Assembly: GCA_024704765.1 (NCBI GenBank)
Contig: JAKMXF010000299.1
Span: 310,001 to 374,000 of the forward strand
DNA from: Oopsacas minuta
Lineage: Eukaryota > Animalia > Porifera
Reading direction: 5' to 3'
Length of the DNA: 64,000 bases
Below are positions 1-10,400 of this stretch, in pieces (positions within the stretch are counted from its first letter, which is position 1; each line of letters begins with the position of its first letter). The translations under genes and the position numbers were made by a program. Under the pieces are notes generated by a model, which worked only from the letters and a program-made list of their open reading frames with translations, did not search any database and had not been told where the DNA came from.

Positions 1-821
1 TACACGTAGGGTTACAAGCAAACTTTTTCCTACACACAAACTATGAATTAATTCAGTTTGTAACAATTGATCTATAAACTACTCATAATTTTCCAAATTT
101 AATCCTATTAATACTAAATGTTACTCGTGTCCACATCATATTGGTGTAACTTCCCTATGCACATATCAAGTGTCTATATAGTTTTACTTTACAGGAAATT
201 AGCATGAACCTATCTATTACAATCACTATGGAATTAGTTGAAGGAGCCTATGTATATTATTTAGCATTCGGATGCTAAGATATTCAAATTGGGATAGAAC
301 CACAGCTGGTATACCTTCAAGCCATTGTCATTCTGGTTTACAATTGTACATTAATTTGCAGGAGTTAGTTATTTCTCCAAATTTGTAATCAATTAATTGA
401 CACTATTTTTAGTCGATTTGTCTGTATCATATTCCTTGTTAGTTTATCAACAAATATGTCAGTACTTGCTATTTCCCTAAATATCATATTCATCTATAAA
501 TAGTTCCAACACAGCATGAAAGGAACAAAGCAAATAAATTAGCAAATATGCCATTAAGATATTAATTATAGCTCCCTCTCCTGACTGTTATAGGTTATAT
601 CTTGATGGTAGTCCCTCAGAGCTGCAGCCTAGTGTATTGGCTGTGAGTGCATTAGTGCTACACTCAGTACCTTTCCCCACCATCACCCGAAGTTTGAAGT
701 TGAAATAGATACTATACTATAAAACCTGCACTAATATGCAGAGCATATCGTGTGCGTGATATCCCCAATGAAATTTGCATATTTTAACTTTGTCTATTAA
801 TCAAATAATTATCAGTTTTAG

Positions 822-2147
822 ATGTTCTACATTGATAGCATAATCTTCTTTTGTATTCGCATATGGATATATTTCTTCATTCTCCCGACCGTGAAAATAC
901 TATTCTATATATTAGAATGTATTATCAATATTTCTAAGAGAATAACATTCTATTTACTTCCACAGCAAACTTTTCCATGTCGTATTTTTGAACGTGTTGA
1001 ATCTATGTATAACTACCTAGTAGGGGGTTATCGTAGGATTGTGGGAGCTATCTCTAACTGGATTCTCTCTGACAGTCCTAAATACATCGTTGCAAGGATA
1101 AAGGAACTAAAAACTCTATTATTTCTAATCGTATTAATGATCTGGTTTTCTAGCTCACTAACTACTGTCCTATTTGGTAATACTTATTTCTATTCTCCCA
1201 ACAAAAAGTTCGATTTTCCATTCTATTTTGACTACACATACCATGGATTACCTCTCACACAAATTGTCCCTTATGCATCTTCTAAAGAGATTATTCAATT
1301 TGAAGGCATCGAGCCTGCTACCATAATCCCACATGCTTTCATTGATCTGCAGGAATTGGACATCAAATTGAGTATCGGAGAATATTATGATGTTTCTATC
1401 AAGTTAGAATTACCGGAGAGTTATGCGAATCGTGATGCTGGTGTGTTTATGTTAAATCTCACTATGTACGCTGAAAACGCTACTCTAATTGCTACAGTTG
1501 GGCGTCCATTGCTTCTGAAATTTAAATCAAACTTTTTTACTTATATTCAAACCTTTGTTTTCTTTCCATTTTACTTTTTGGGTGTCATACAAGAAAAGCA
1601 ACAAATGCATAGCTTAATGTTTGAAAATTTCCAGGAAAATTTCAAACTACAGACTGAATCCATCTATGTATCCGTTTCAAATCCCAAAATCGAAATATAC
1701 GAATCTTCAATGCACTTTTCATTAAAACCACAGGGTCTTAATATGTTAGTACTGAACTGGCCATGGACAGCATGGCTTGTAATGATAACGTTAGTAGTCG
1801 TATCATCAATATTCCTATGTATTCTAATCTCACAAGCTATATTATTCATCTTAATAGATATAGTACATACTCGTTTACCTGAAGTAGCTGATATGCTACC
1901 GAGTAATGACGCCTTAATGCGCTCATTCCCTCCCTTACCTAGATACAGTAATGTTCCCCGTGTGCAAGAGGAATATCATACTATTGACGATGAAGATGCG
2001 AATGGTTTTATTAATATGTCACCGCTAAATATGAATGAAGACGCCATGACTCCACCCATTTCTCCACATGCTCCTGTTTACATCCCGAGGGAACCTGTTA
2101 CAGATACACTTGATTCTGATAATGAACGTTTACGTCAAAGACATTAG
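822..2147 (+). CDS. BSCL2: Seipin (lipid-droplet biogenesis ER membrane protein), intronless
   Basis: 441-aa ORF with hydrophobic TM segments flanking the seipin luminal domain (YDVSIKLELPESYANRDAGVFML, LKFKSNF..IQTFVFFPFYFLG..QEKQ, IEIYESSMHF, NWPWT). ATG is directly preceded by TTTTAG (816-821). Confidence 0.9.
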   Translation: MFYIDSIIFFCIRIWIYFFILPTVKILFYILECIINISKRITFYLLPQQTFPCRIFERVESMYNYLVGGYRRIVGAISNWILSDSPKYIVARIKELKTLLFLIVLMIWFSSSLTTVLFGNTYFYSPNKKFDFPFYFDYTYHGLPLTQIVPYASSKEIIQFEGIEPATIIPHAFIDLQELDIKLSIGEYYDVSIKLELPESYANRDAGVFMLNLTMYAENATLIATVGRPLLLKFKSNFFTYIQTFVFFPFYFLGVIQEKQQMHSLMFENFQENFKLQTESIYVSVSNPKIEIYESSMHFSLKPQGLNMLVLNWPWTAWLVMITLVVVSSIFLCILISQAILFILIDIVHTRLPEVADMLPSNDALMRSFPPLPRYSNVPRVQEEYHTIDDEDANGFINMSPLNMNEDAMTPPISPHAPVYIPREPVTDTLDSDNERLRQRH

Positions 2148-2297
2148 TCACAGCGTTGTATATGTGTATGTGAATTTTAGATTTTAATAGCACGTCTTTG
2201 TACACATGGAATTTTTGATTGAAGATTTGAATATTTGTATCAGAGTTTTATATATCTTGGCTTTTATTTTACTAATTTTACTAATAATTTCTTGCTA

Positions 2298-2629
2298 TAC
2301 AGTGTAACCTACACAAACTCGGCCTGTGGAAACGGTAAACATCTGGAAATTTTGTGAAAAAGTGCGAATTTCTAGTCCCATTCAAATGTACTTCTACAAA
2401 CGGGTAATTTGGCAGAAGGGGGGAACTTGGTAGCATTATTCGGCGTCCCCGTTAACCCGTTTCTAGGGCGTAACTAGCATTGAGGCAGCGGAGGCAACTG
2501 CTTTCTCGCTTTTTCGGACGTTGCCTCATCTCCCTACTGCAATCGCCATTAAATTGTGGCAAATATCCATCCTTGCCTCCTCACTCTAGCATCTCTAGTT
2601 ACGCCCAGCGGTTGTGGAGGTTACATGTA
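2298..2629. mobile_element. Tc1/mariner(pogo)-like MITE, family C copy 1, interrupted by a nested insertion
   Basis: TA|CAGTGTAACCTACACAAAC at 2298 and the inverted CGGTTGTGGAGGTTACATG|TA ending 2629. The internal sequence is collinear, in reverse orientation, with 5426-5600 and 62838-62995. Confidence 0.75.
2464..2608. mobile_element. Small hAT-like MITE nested in the family C MITE
   Basis: Perfect 12-bp inverted repeat GGGCGTAACTAG (2466-2477) / CTAGTTACGCCC (2595-2606). It displaces the right terminal inverted repeat (TIR) of the host element. No clean target-site duplication (TSD). Confidence 0.6.
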
Positions 2630-2663
2630 TTTATTCGATTTTTTATATTATCATCATATCCAA

Positions 2664-5417
2664 ATGAAGATTAGGAAAGAAATGGATATTCTGTTGTTAC
2701 ACAATTCTAATGGTGAATTACAAACACATCTACGCTCTCCTTCCTCTCATGGTATCAAAGATATACCAGAATATTTCCAAAAGCATTTTGAACTATTCAA
2801 AACTCATCAAAAATCATCTGACAATCCAAGTTACATTCAAGCATATAAACACACAATTGAGATTTTACTAATCAATCTAGATGCTGATACACTGCTAGAT
2901 AATAAAATTATAGAATTTCTTACGTTATGTCAACCAGCTCATTTATTTGCTCTCTGTATTCATATTTTGAAAAAGCCTGATAAAACTGTTCTTACTTATC
3001 AGAATTCTCTGACACTACTGCTTTATACTCTACAGCCAACCGAACTCGCGAAAGTTATCACCTCAAATATACATATATGCGGAAATACTCCGATTTCAAA
3101 CCAAATTGCTATTCTAAATCCAATACAGACATCTTTCATACAGAACCTATGTTCTATACCAGATCTTGTTATGAATAAACTTGCTAAAACTCTTGTAATG
3201 GTGGAATCTAATAAAGATTACAAACAATCACCGATTTATCCAGAGAACTTCTATACTCTTATTTCACAAGTAATATTCTGTATTCTAATCAAATCAACGG
3301 ACAATTCTGATATATTTATTCTGTTTTTCGCTTCTCTACTCAATCAAATTTGTTTATTGGGAAATGCGACTATTATTGCTCGATTTATTATTCAATTCGT
3401 GAACCGAAAAGCTTTCGCAAAACTTGATATATTGAAGGCGATAATATCAAAGATCTTACCACGTGGATTAGAAAAACTCTTGGAATCATTACTAACACAA
3501 TATTACACACCTAAATTCGGGAACACATCTATCTTTTCAAAATTTCTACTTGACCCCAGATCTTCTACTCGTGTTAAAACAGTACTAATCGATCGTCTCA
3601 TCATTTCTCGCCAATTTTCCGCGAAACAAAACCTTTTATTACACAACTTAATGCATTATATCTGTAATGAAGCTTCTGAACTGGGCGTTGAAGTACTTGA
3701 GACAGTGCTAACCGCATTCAAGTCAGAATTCTACGTGGATAGAATATCATTAGAACAACATGAATATTTGTGTAGAGTTATAATTCTCTGTGTAAGGTAT
3801 TACACTATAAGATTAGAACCAGACCATGGATATATTATTTTACAAGCTATAAAGGACGGTAATCCTAATAGAAAAGAAGATGAAGTAAGCCAAATTCCTA
3901 AAATATGCTACCCTAAGATTTTTCCTAATTATCCTCTCTTGCTTTTGACACAAAATGCCATTGAAATTCATCTAAAAAATACACGAACTGGTATCAAAAT
4001 TCATGGACAAGTAATAGGTGAAATACTGTGCGCTTGGCTCAATAATGATCCCTCAAACACTCTAAATTTTGGATTACCATCTAATGACCATACTGTTATG
4101 GAATTGAGAAATTTATTGACATCACAACATGAGAAACCTATTGTAACTGAATATGTAGATGTAACCATGGATGATTCTAATTCGTTCAATTTTAATTTGA
4201 TACCAGAACTACAAAAAATGTTTGAGCCTGAAAAACCTAATGAAATCGTATTTTCAGAAACGAATACTATATCAGCTGATGAGATAGATGCACTTATCCT
4301 ACCGAATACTGTAAAACCTGACAAGCCTCGGCCTCTTATAGAGATACTATCTGATAGCGATAATTCTGAGAGTGAAGATTTAAAACCATTTCCTTCTACA
4401 ATCGATACTCCTAGTCAAGATACCAAAAGTTACATAATTGGTATGGAGCCTATACCAGGGCCTTATTCATTGAGAGAATGTGTAGAATGGTTAGGAACTA
4501 ATGTTAAATCTAGTAATGAGGTGGATAATGTAAAGCGAATTGATGCCGCTTTGAATAAAGTAGAATCTTTTATAAGAGCATCTCCACATGATCTCAAGAT
4601 TTGGACTGGGAAGTTAGCTGAAATATTTTTGAATATCTCAAACGAATATTCAATAAAAGACATGCATATCCTGCGTTTAAATTCACTTGTCGCACTGTGT
4701 GTATGCAATCCTGTGGAAACTGCTAAATATCTTACTGCGGAATTCTACACTTTACATATTGTTATGCACGCGCGTTTTGATATTCTCGTCTCAATTGAAC
4801 GTGCTGCAGGTGAGCTTGCTAACATAAGTGAAAGCAAGACAACACACACACATTTTAAGATCCCTCTCACGAAATATCAACAGACCAAAAAGCAACCAAA
4901 AGTATGGGAAGATATTATCAAAGAGCGACTCAAATTAAAAACACGAATTATCTCATCTGCACGGAAGCAAGCTAAAATAACTGAGAATGTTTTCGGTGAC
5001 GTAGTTGGATATTTTTTCTATCCTCTCTTGTATAACTTTGATAAATCACTTGCTACTATGAATTTTTTCGGTGATGACGTTTGGCTATTTTGTGCTCTAC
5101 TTAAGACTATCGGAAGCTTGATTATATATGCTCAGGGGACAATCGCACTTAGAAAAATGACTTCTGCACTTTTCGAGTTTTTAATCGCTATTAAAACAGT
5201 AGGAAATTCTCTGGTTAAACAAGGTATGTGTTTTTGTATTCTCTGTATACTCGAAGTTACTCCTGCGTATTATATACTACCAGATCTATCTCCAGAGATG
5301 GAGGAATTGACTGAATACCTACAAGATATTTTCTTGAAAGATGCAGACCAGATAACGTTAAGGATGAGTAATGATACTCTCCATCAGATTAGTTTATTGT
5401 ATAAACAGGTCTATTGA
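2664..5417 (+). CDS. TELO2: Telomere length regulation protein Tel2 (TTT complex), intronless
   Basis: Acidic SDSDNSESEDLKPF segment, PYSLRECVEWL, FIRASPHDL, LRLNSLVALCV.NP, RFDIL..IERAAGEL, ENVFGDVVGYFFYPLL..FD. The ORF-track start at 2556 is a GTG inside the MITE; the likely ATG is 2664 (or 2682). Confidence 0.88.
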   Translation: MKIRKEMDILLLHNSNGELQTHLRSPSSHGIKDIPEYFQKHFELFKTHQKSSDNPSYIQAYKHTIEILLINLDADTLLDNKIIEFLTLCQPAHLFALCIHILKKPDKTVLTYQNSLTLLLYTLQPTELAKVITSNIHICGNTPISNQIAILNPIQTSFIQNLCSIPDLVMNKLAKTLVMVESNKDYKQSPIYPENFYTLISQVIFCILIKSTDNSDIFILFFASLLNQICLLGNATIIARFIIQFVNRKAFAKLDILKAIISKILPRGLEKLLESLLTQYYTPKFGNTSIFSKFLLDPRSSTRVKTVLIDRLIISRQFSAKQNLLLHNLMHYICNEASELGVEVLETVLTAFKSEFYVDRISLEQHEYLCRVIILCVRYYTIRLEPDHGYIILQAIKDGNPNRKEDEVSQIPKICYPKIFPNYPLLLLTQNAIEIHLKNTRTGIKIHGQVIGEILCAWLNNDPSNTLNFGLPSNDHTVMELRNLLTSQHEKPIVTEYVDVTMDDSNSFNFNLIPELQKMFEPEKPNEIVFSETNTISADEIDALILPNTVKPDKPRPLIEILSDSDNSESEDLKPFPSTIDTPSQDTKSYIIGMEPIPGPYSLRECVEWLGTNVKSSNEVDNVKRIDAALNKVESFIRASPHDLKIWTGKLAEIFLNISNEYSIKDMHILRLNSLVALCVCNPVETAKYLTAEFYTLHIVMHARFDILVSIERAAGELANISESKTTHTHFKIPLTKYQQTKKQPKVWEDIIKERLKLKTRIISSARKQAKITENVFGDVVGYFFYPLLYNFDKSLATMNFFGDDVWLFCALLKTIGSLIIYAQGTIALRKMTSALFEFLIAIKTVGNSLVKQGMCFCILCILEVTPAYYILPDLSPEMEELTEYLQDIFLKDADQITLRMSNDTLHQISLLYKQVY

Positions 5418-5425
5418 TTGAATCT

Positions 5426-5600
5426 TACAGTATAGCCTCCACAAACGGGGTGTTAGGGACGCTGAATAAGGCTACCCCGTTTCCTTGTTTCTGCCTAATT
5501 CTCCGTTTGTGAAAGTTCATTTATATGAGCCTATGAATTCGATTTATTTTTCACTTCGTATCCAGAAGTTTTCCGTATCCACAGGCCCCGTTATTTCAAT
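5426..5600. mobile_element. MITE family C copy 2
   Basis: TA|CAGTATAGCCTCCACAAACGGGG ... CCACAGGCCCCGTT; aligns over about 160 bp with the reverse complement of 2320-2460. Confidence 0.7.
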
Positions 5601-5690
5601 TTATATCAATAAATATGCAGAAATATTATTTTTGTTCGATTTACTCGTTGAAACTTTTATTTAATAATTTATCATTAGTGGCTTATTTCG

Positions 5691-7232
5691 ATGATTCGAC
5701 GCTATGAAACAAGTCATGATTACCCTTCATTTCACTCTAATGAACACACAGTATCACTTGCTCTTGTCGGGGAAATAAAACAAGCTCTACTCAACCACAA
5801 CTTCAAATTCATCCTAGATGCAACTGCCTATCTGCTAATATTATTCACTTCAGCTCGTGAATTGGTTCGTTCATGTGTACTTCTATCCAGCACATATAAC
5901 CACCTTCCCAAGAACATAGTAGAAATGATATTGGCTAGAATTGAACGGAAATCAATGCTAATCGAGTCACCAGTATTAATCCCGCTATCAATTGAACGTA
6001 CTATGTATTTCCTGGACACTCAATCTTGGAATAAAGCAGGTAATTGTGCTATCACACATTTAGATAAAAGTCTCAAACATAATCCCCTATTGAAAACTTA
6101 TGCTGGACTAACACATTACATTCTATGGCAAAAAGATAAATTATACGATGCTGAATCGACAAGAAAGGGTATGAAAATTGGTAAATCAAACACTCATCAA
6201 CAACGAATAAAAGATATACTAAAATATTTGGATGACATTTATGCTAACAAGGGAGTATGGGATATTCCATTACATTTGCATATGAAGTTATTAATTGAAG
6301 AGAGAAATGATATACAGAGTGCATTGAATATCGCTAAGCAAAATTTGGACAGTAATAAAGGAGACCTAAATGCATTAGTAACATTAGCGATTTTCTACAT
6401 AGATTTCAATGAATCAGATTTCTATAACAGAGATGAATTGATTAGTATTCTAACTAGAATACACTACATCGATCCTTCGAACTATTTGATGATAAGTCTA
6501 TGTCAGGAAACTGGGATTAGTGAAGAGAATTCTAACTTTATTGTTTCCATAGCAATGGAATTTCTTGACTATCCTTGTAATAAAGATGAACATCTAATGT
6601 GGGAATGTTTATACGGTGCTCTTACTGAATTGAGTAATTCTGTGTTTGAGAAAGTTTTAGCTGAAGAATGGGCAGATAGGAGATCATGGTGGATACCACT
6701 ACATTTTGATATAGATAATCTAATTCAAACTTTCACGATTAATTTAGTGTTATCTTGCTATAAGGCCTTAGTACTTAACACGCTGAATTGGGGCGGTACT
6801 AATCCATATACATTAAAAGCTAAGATGCTTCTCGATCAGCTGACAGATGTGGATTATAATTTAGAGTGTATTTCTAAATTGGTTACATTAGTAGTAGGTG
6901 AATTTATCCCAGAAGAGAAAAGTGATGATTGTATTATGTTAGATTTCTCGAAAGATCTCACGGATGAATCTGAGGAGATAGGGATAACAGATGACGTGGA
7001 ATTGATACCTGTACCTCTCGCGAAAAAGACCAAGTTCTTCCAGCAAGAGGATCTAGCTGCGTATTGCTATATATCAGATCAGTGTTTGGTAAAACAGGAG
7101 ATAGAACGATTATTCTATTTAAGGAGGTATAAAGCTATGGGGCCTCCTAACAACGAGACTGAACCAATGGAATCTGATAATGAATGTTCTCATTTAAGTT
7201 TAGATAATAATGGTTCTGATAGTAGTCAGTAA
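5691..7232 (+). CDS. TAF1A: TBP-associated factor RNA polymerase I subunit A (SL1 complex), intronless
   Basis: 513 aa. The motifs EFLDYPCNKDEHLMWECL and EEWADRRSWWIPLHF...LSCYKALV resemble TAF1A (LDFAGC...AW; EEWNSRKNWWPGFHF...ACEKAFV). Confidence 0.75.
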   Translation: MIRRYETSHDYPSFHSNEHTVSLALVGEIKQALLNHNFKFILDATAYLLILFTSARELVRSCVLLSSTYNHLPKNIVEMILARIERKSMLIESPVLIPLSIERTMYFLDTQSWNKAGNCAITHLDKSLKHNPLLKTYAGLTHYILWQKDKLYDAESTRKGMKIGKSNTHQQRIKDILKYLDDIYANKGVWDIPLHLHMKLLIEERNDIQSALNIAKQNLDSNKGDLNALVTLAIFYIDFNESDFYNRDELISILTRIHYIDPSNYLMISLCQETGISEENSNFIVSIAMEFLDYPCNKDEHLMWECLYGALTELSNSVFEKVLAEEWADRRSWWIPLHFDIDNLIQTFTINLVLSCYKALVLNTLNWGGTNPYTLKAKMLLDQLTDVDYNLECISKLVTLVVGEFIPEEKSDDCIMLDFSKDLTDESEEIGITDDVELIPVPLAKKTKFFQQEDLAAYCYISDQCLVKQEIERLFYLRRYKAMGPPNNETEPMESDNECSHLSLDNNGSDSSQ

Positions 7233-7321
7233 TAAACAGTTTTATACAATTTTCGATGGTATTTTCATTGGAAAATTAAGGTAATTAACTTGAATATTAG
7301 TTTGTATGTTTGTTTATCATA

Positions 7322-7460
7322 TACTATTAACTCCATTATAACGAGCACGGATGTATCGAAGTCTAAGATTGTACAAATATGGTCCTAAACGATTACACTT
7401 TTATACCGAAGTAATTATCGTGGTCTCTTAAGCTTCGATATAACGGGAATAGGCTGTGTA
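7322..7460. mobile_element. pogo/Tigger-like MITE family A
   Basis: Carries the family-diagnostic internal motifs TTGTACAAATATGGTC and CTTAAGCTTCGATATAACGGG; TIRs are decayed. Confidence 0.65.
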
Positions 7461-7497
7461 TTACAAATACTTTTTGTATATTTTAAAGATTAGATAA

Positions 7498-10400
7498 ATG
7501 TCTCAATCCTACAAAGATACTATCATTGAAGTATGGCATTTATTGAGTCGTACATACCTCTATATGAACGCTAAGATAAAGATTCACCTCAGATCAAAGT
7601 ACGCATACAATCTTCGTGATACATACTCTCAATTAACTATCATAGAGAATACTTTACCTAACATGCAGATTCACCCTCTGAAGAGTATGACGTATGCTCA
7701 CTCGATTCTAGATAGGACAAATAAACAGATATTTCCTTTAGAGGAAAATTTATTGAGTACACCTGGCCAGCTGTTCCTGGCTATTGGGCAGATCGGTACA
7801 GGGAAAACTTGGCTTGCACGTCATATAAGTACCTTATGGGCTAATGACCTGATTAATGAAGGCAAAAATATTTTGATATACATTGACTGTGAACTTCCTG
7901 AAGTAAAATCTGCTAAAGATATTCAGACTTGCATATCTTCATTGCGCACGAAAGGTACAAATTTTGTGGATTATTTTGAGCATTTATTCGTGAAAGATGG
8001 TCAAAATCTCATATTTATAATAGATGCATATGACGTATTGCTACGTTATGTTCCTAATAGCCCTCTACACGAACTTGTTAGAAGGAAGATCTTATCAAAA
8101 TCTTCTATTTTGATACTCTCTCGACCTTGTGTGCACTTCTATAACGAAATGAATACAACTTATTTGAACTATACCAAGCTTGAAGTTCTTGGTTTTTCTA
8201 GCAAAATTTGCAATGAATATTTTACCAAATCCTCAATTAAATTGCTAGAAGGATCACAAGCTGTTTTTGTATTTTTAAACATATTTCCTGATCTCAGACA
8301 ATTCGCAAGGTTCCCTCTCATAGCATTCTCTATTATAAAATTAGTTAGTATTGAGAATCTAGAACAATTCGTATCTGTTGATTACATAATGAAACATATT
8401 TGTGTGATAATTATCAACCAACAGCTTAGCCATTATTTAACCGGTGATATCAAATCTCAATACTTGAATATTGTAAGTTTAAATAGCGTATCGAGAAGTA
8501 AATTCCATTCTCTGGGGCATTTATACAAAACTGCTTATCAAGGATTACTCGACTCGTTCAATACAGTACAACAAGATATTCCAACGTTTCATGAAGGGTT
8601 TGCACCGGATGGCATGGGTATTTATTGTACTAATTTCATACAAGTTAATAGCGAATGGAAGCCTCGGTACACGTTTATTAACTTGATAACACAGGAGTTT
8701 CTCGCTGCTTTATACACCAAAGGAAATTTGAAGTCAGGCCAGGAAGAAAGCTATGAAAAAACATTACCGATCTTGCAAAAGAAAACCATTCCCCACTTCA
8801 TGATTCTTGGGTGTAGTAAAGAGTTATTATTAAACGAAGAAGGCAAAGATATTTTCCATTTCTATTTACCTCAACTCAATAATTCCCTCACAATATACGC
8901 TCTATTGCTCAACATTATTATTGAATGCGGGTTTGTACACTATCAGAAAATCAGTGCTACCTTATTATTCCCTTCAAATACAATTGAATTATTAGATTAT
9001 CCAATGGAAGGATGGATATTGAGAGGTGTATCATATTTCCTCAACAAGATTTCGAATTTTACTTCTTTGACCTTTTCAAATTGTTCCATTACAGACCAAA
9101 TTTTGTACTTTTTGATTACAAACATGAATATTAATTCAAACATAACTTTTGTTAATTTACAAGGTAACAAACTCACAGATTCTTCAATCCCGATTATCCG
9201 TAACTCATTTCGTCATATTCTATCTTCTCTACGTAAACTTGACTTAAGTAATAATTCTATAGACGCGAGCCAGGTTATATCTCTCGAATCAGATTTCCCT
9301 CAAATCGAGTTTATCTCACACCAAACTATTCCTCAAGAAATACTCAGTCGAGGAGAAGAATTTGTTTATCAGTACCAACTAGCTTGTAACGAAGGCAGTC
9401 AACAGATTAAGTTCTTTCGTCTTATGGTAGTTGGTTCTGAGGGTGTAGGTAAAACTAGCTTGTTAAAAGCCTTGAGAAATCAACCGTTTGAAGGGAAAGA
9501 AGTTTCTACTGATTTTATAGAAAAAACTGATATTACTATTACGGAATTGAGTAATGACTGGAGTCAGAATCTGAGTTTTAAAGAAAGGCTCAAAGAAACA
9601 CGAGATGATATTTTAGCTCATATAACTGTCAAACGTGTCAAATCACTCACAAACCTGTCAAATTTGGCAGATAATACAAATCTCAGTGAATTGATACTTC
9701 AACCTGAGAGTAACACTGATCTTGATACCGGCCAGATTGATGAAAATACTAACTTAAATTTTACAAAATCTGAGCCAGATTTAGTGCTAGAAAATGATAA
9801 AATTCCAGAAGAAACAAAATTGGAATCTCCTACTATAGAATCTCAACCAGAGGAGATTGATACTCCAACAGTTGAAATTGAACCTGAAATACCTGAAATA
9901 AAAATAGATACGAATGATCCAAATGAAGAAATCTCAAAAATTGATCCTCCCTTTGTTTCCTCCAGCATGCACTTATCAAATTTACCACTTAAAAATATAC
10001 AAGAACACTGGAGTAATCAACGTACTATACTACCAATAGAGTTCTTCACTGTTTGGGACTTAGCTGGACAATCCTATTTCTTCTGTATGCACTCCCTATT
10101 CCTGACCCCCAGGGCTGTATACTTAATGCCAGTCGATTTATCAGTTAACCTAAAAGAGCCTGTGTTACAGAGAAAGAGGGAAACGGGCAGATTAGACAGA
10201 CGTGAAATAAAAGGTAAAGTAACACATCTTGACATTATACAATACTGGATAATGACAATATATTCTGTGGCTAAATCTACTTCAACTGAGGTATATGAAT
10301 GTAAATCTCGTATTATTATTGTATTCACAAAAGCTGATCTAGCAGATGACCCTGTAGAGAAAGCTGCAGCTGATTACAAGTTAATTACAGACTCGCTATC

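Noticed and set aside
1-820. Possible terminal exon of an upstream gene (acceptor TTTTACAG near 195)
   Set aside because: Reading frames are short with no recognisable protein, so it cannot be assigned without upstream sequence.
2298-5600. TELO2 bracketed by inverted copies of the same repeat, resembling a composite or Pack-type transposon
   Set aside because: Each copy is a self-contained MITE with its own TIRs, no outer TSD is visible, and a third copy lies unpaired at 62838.
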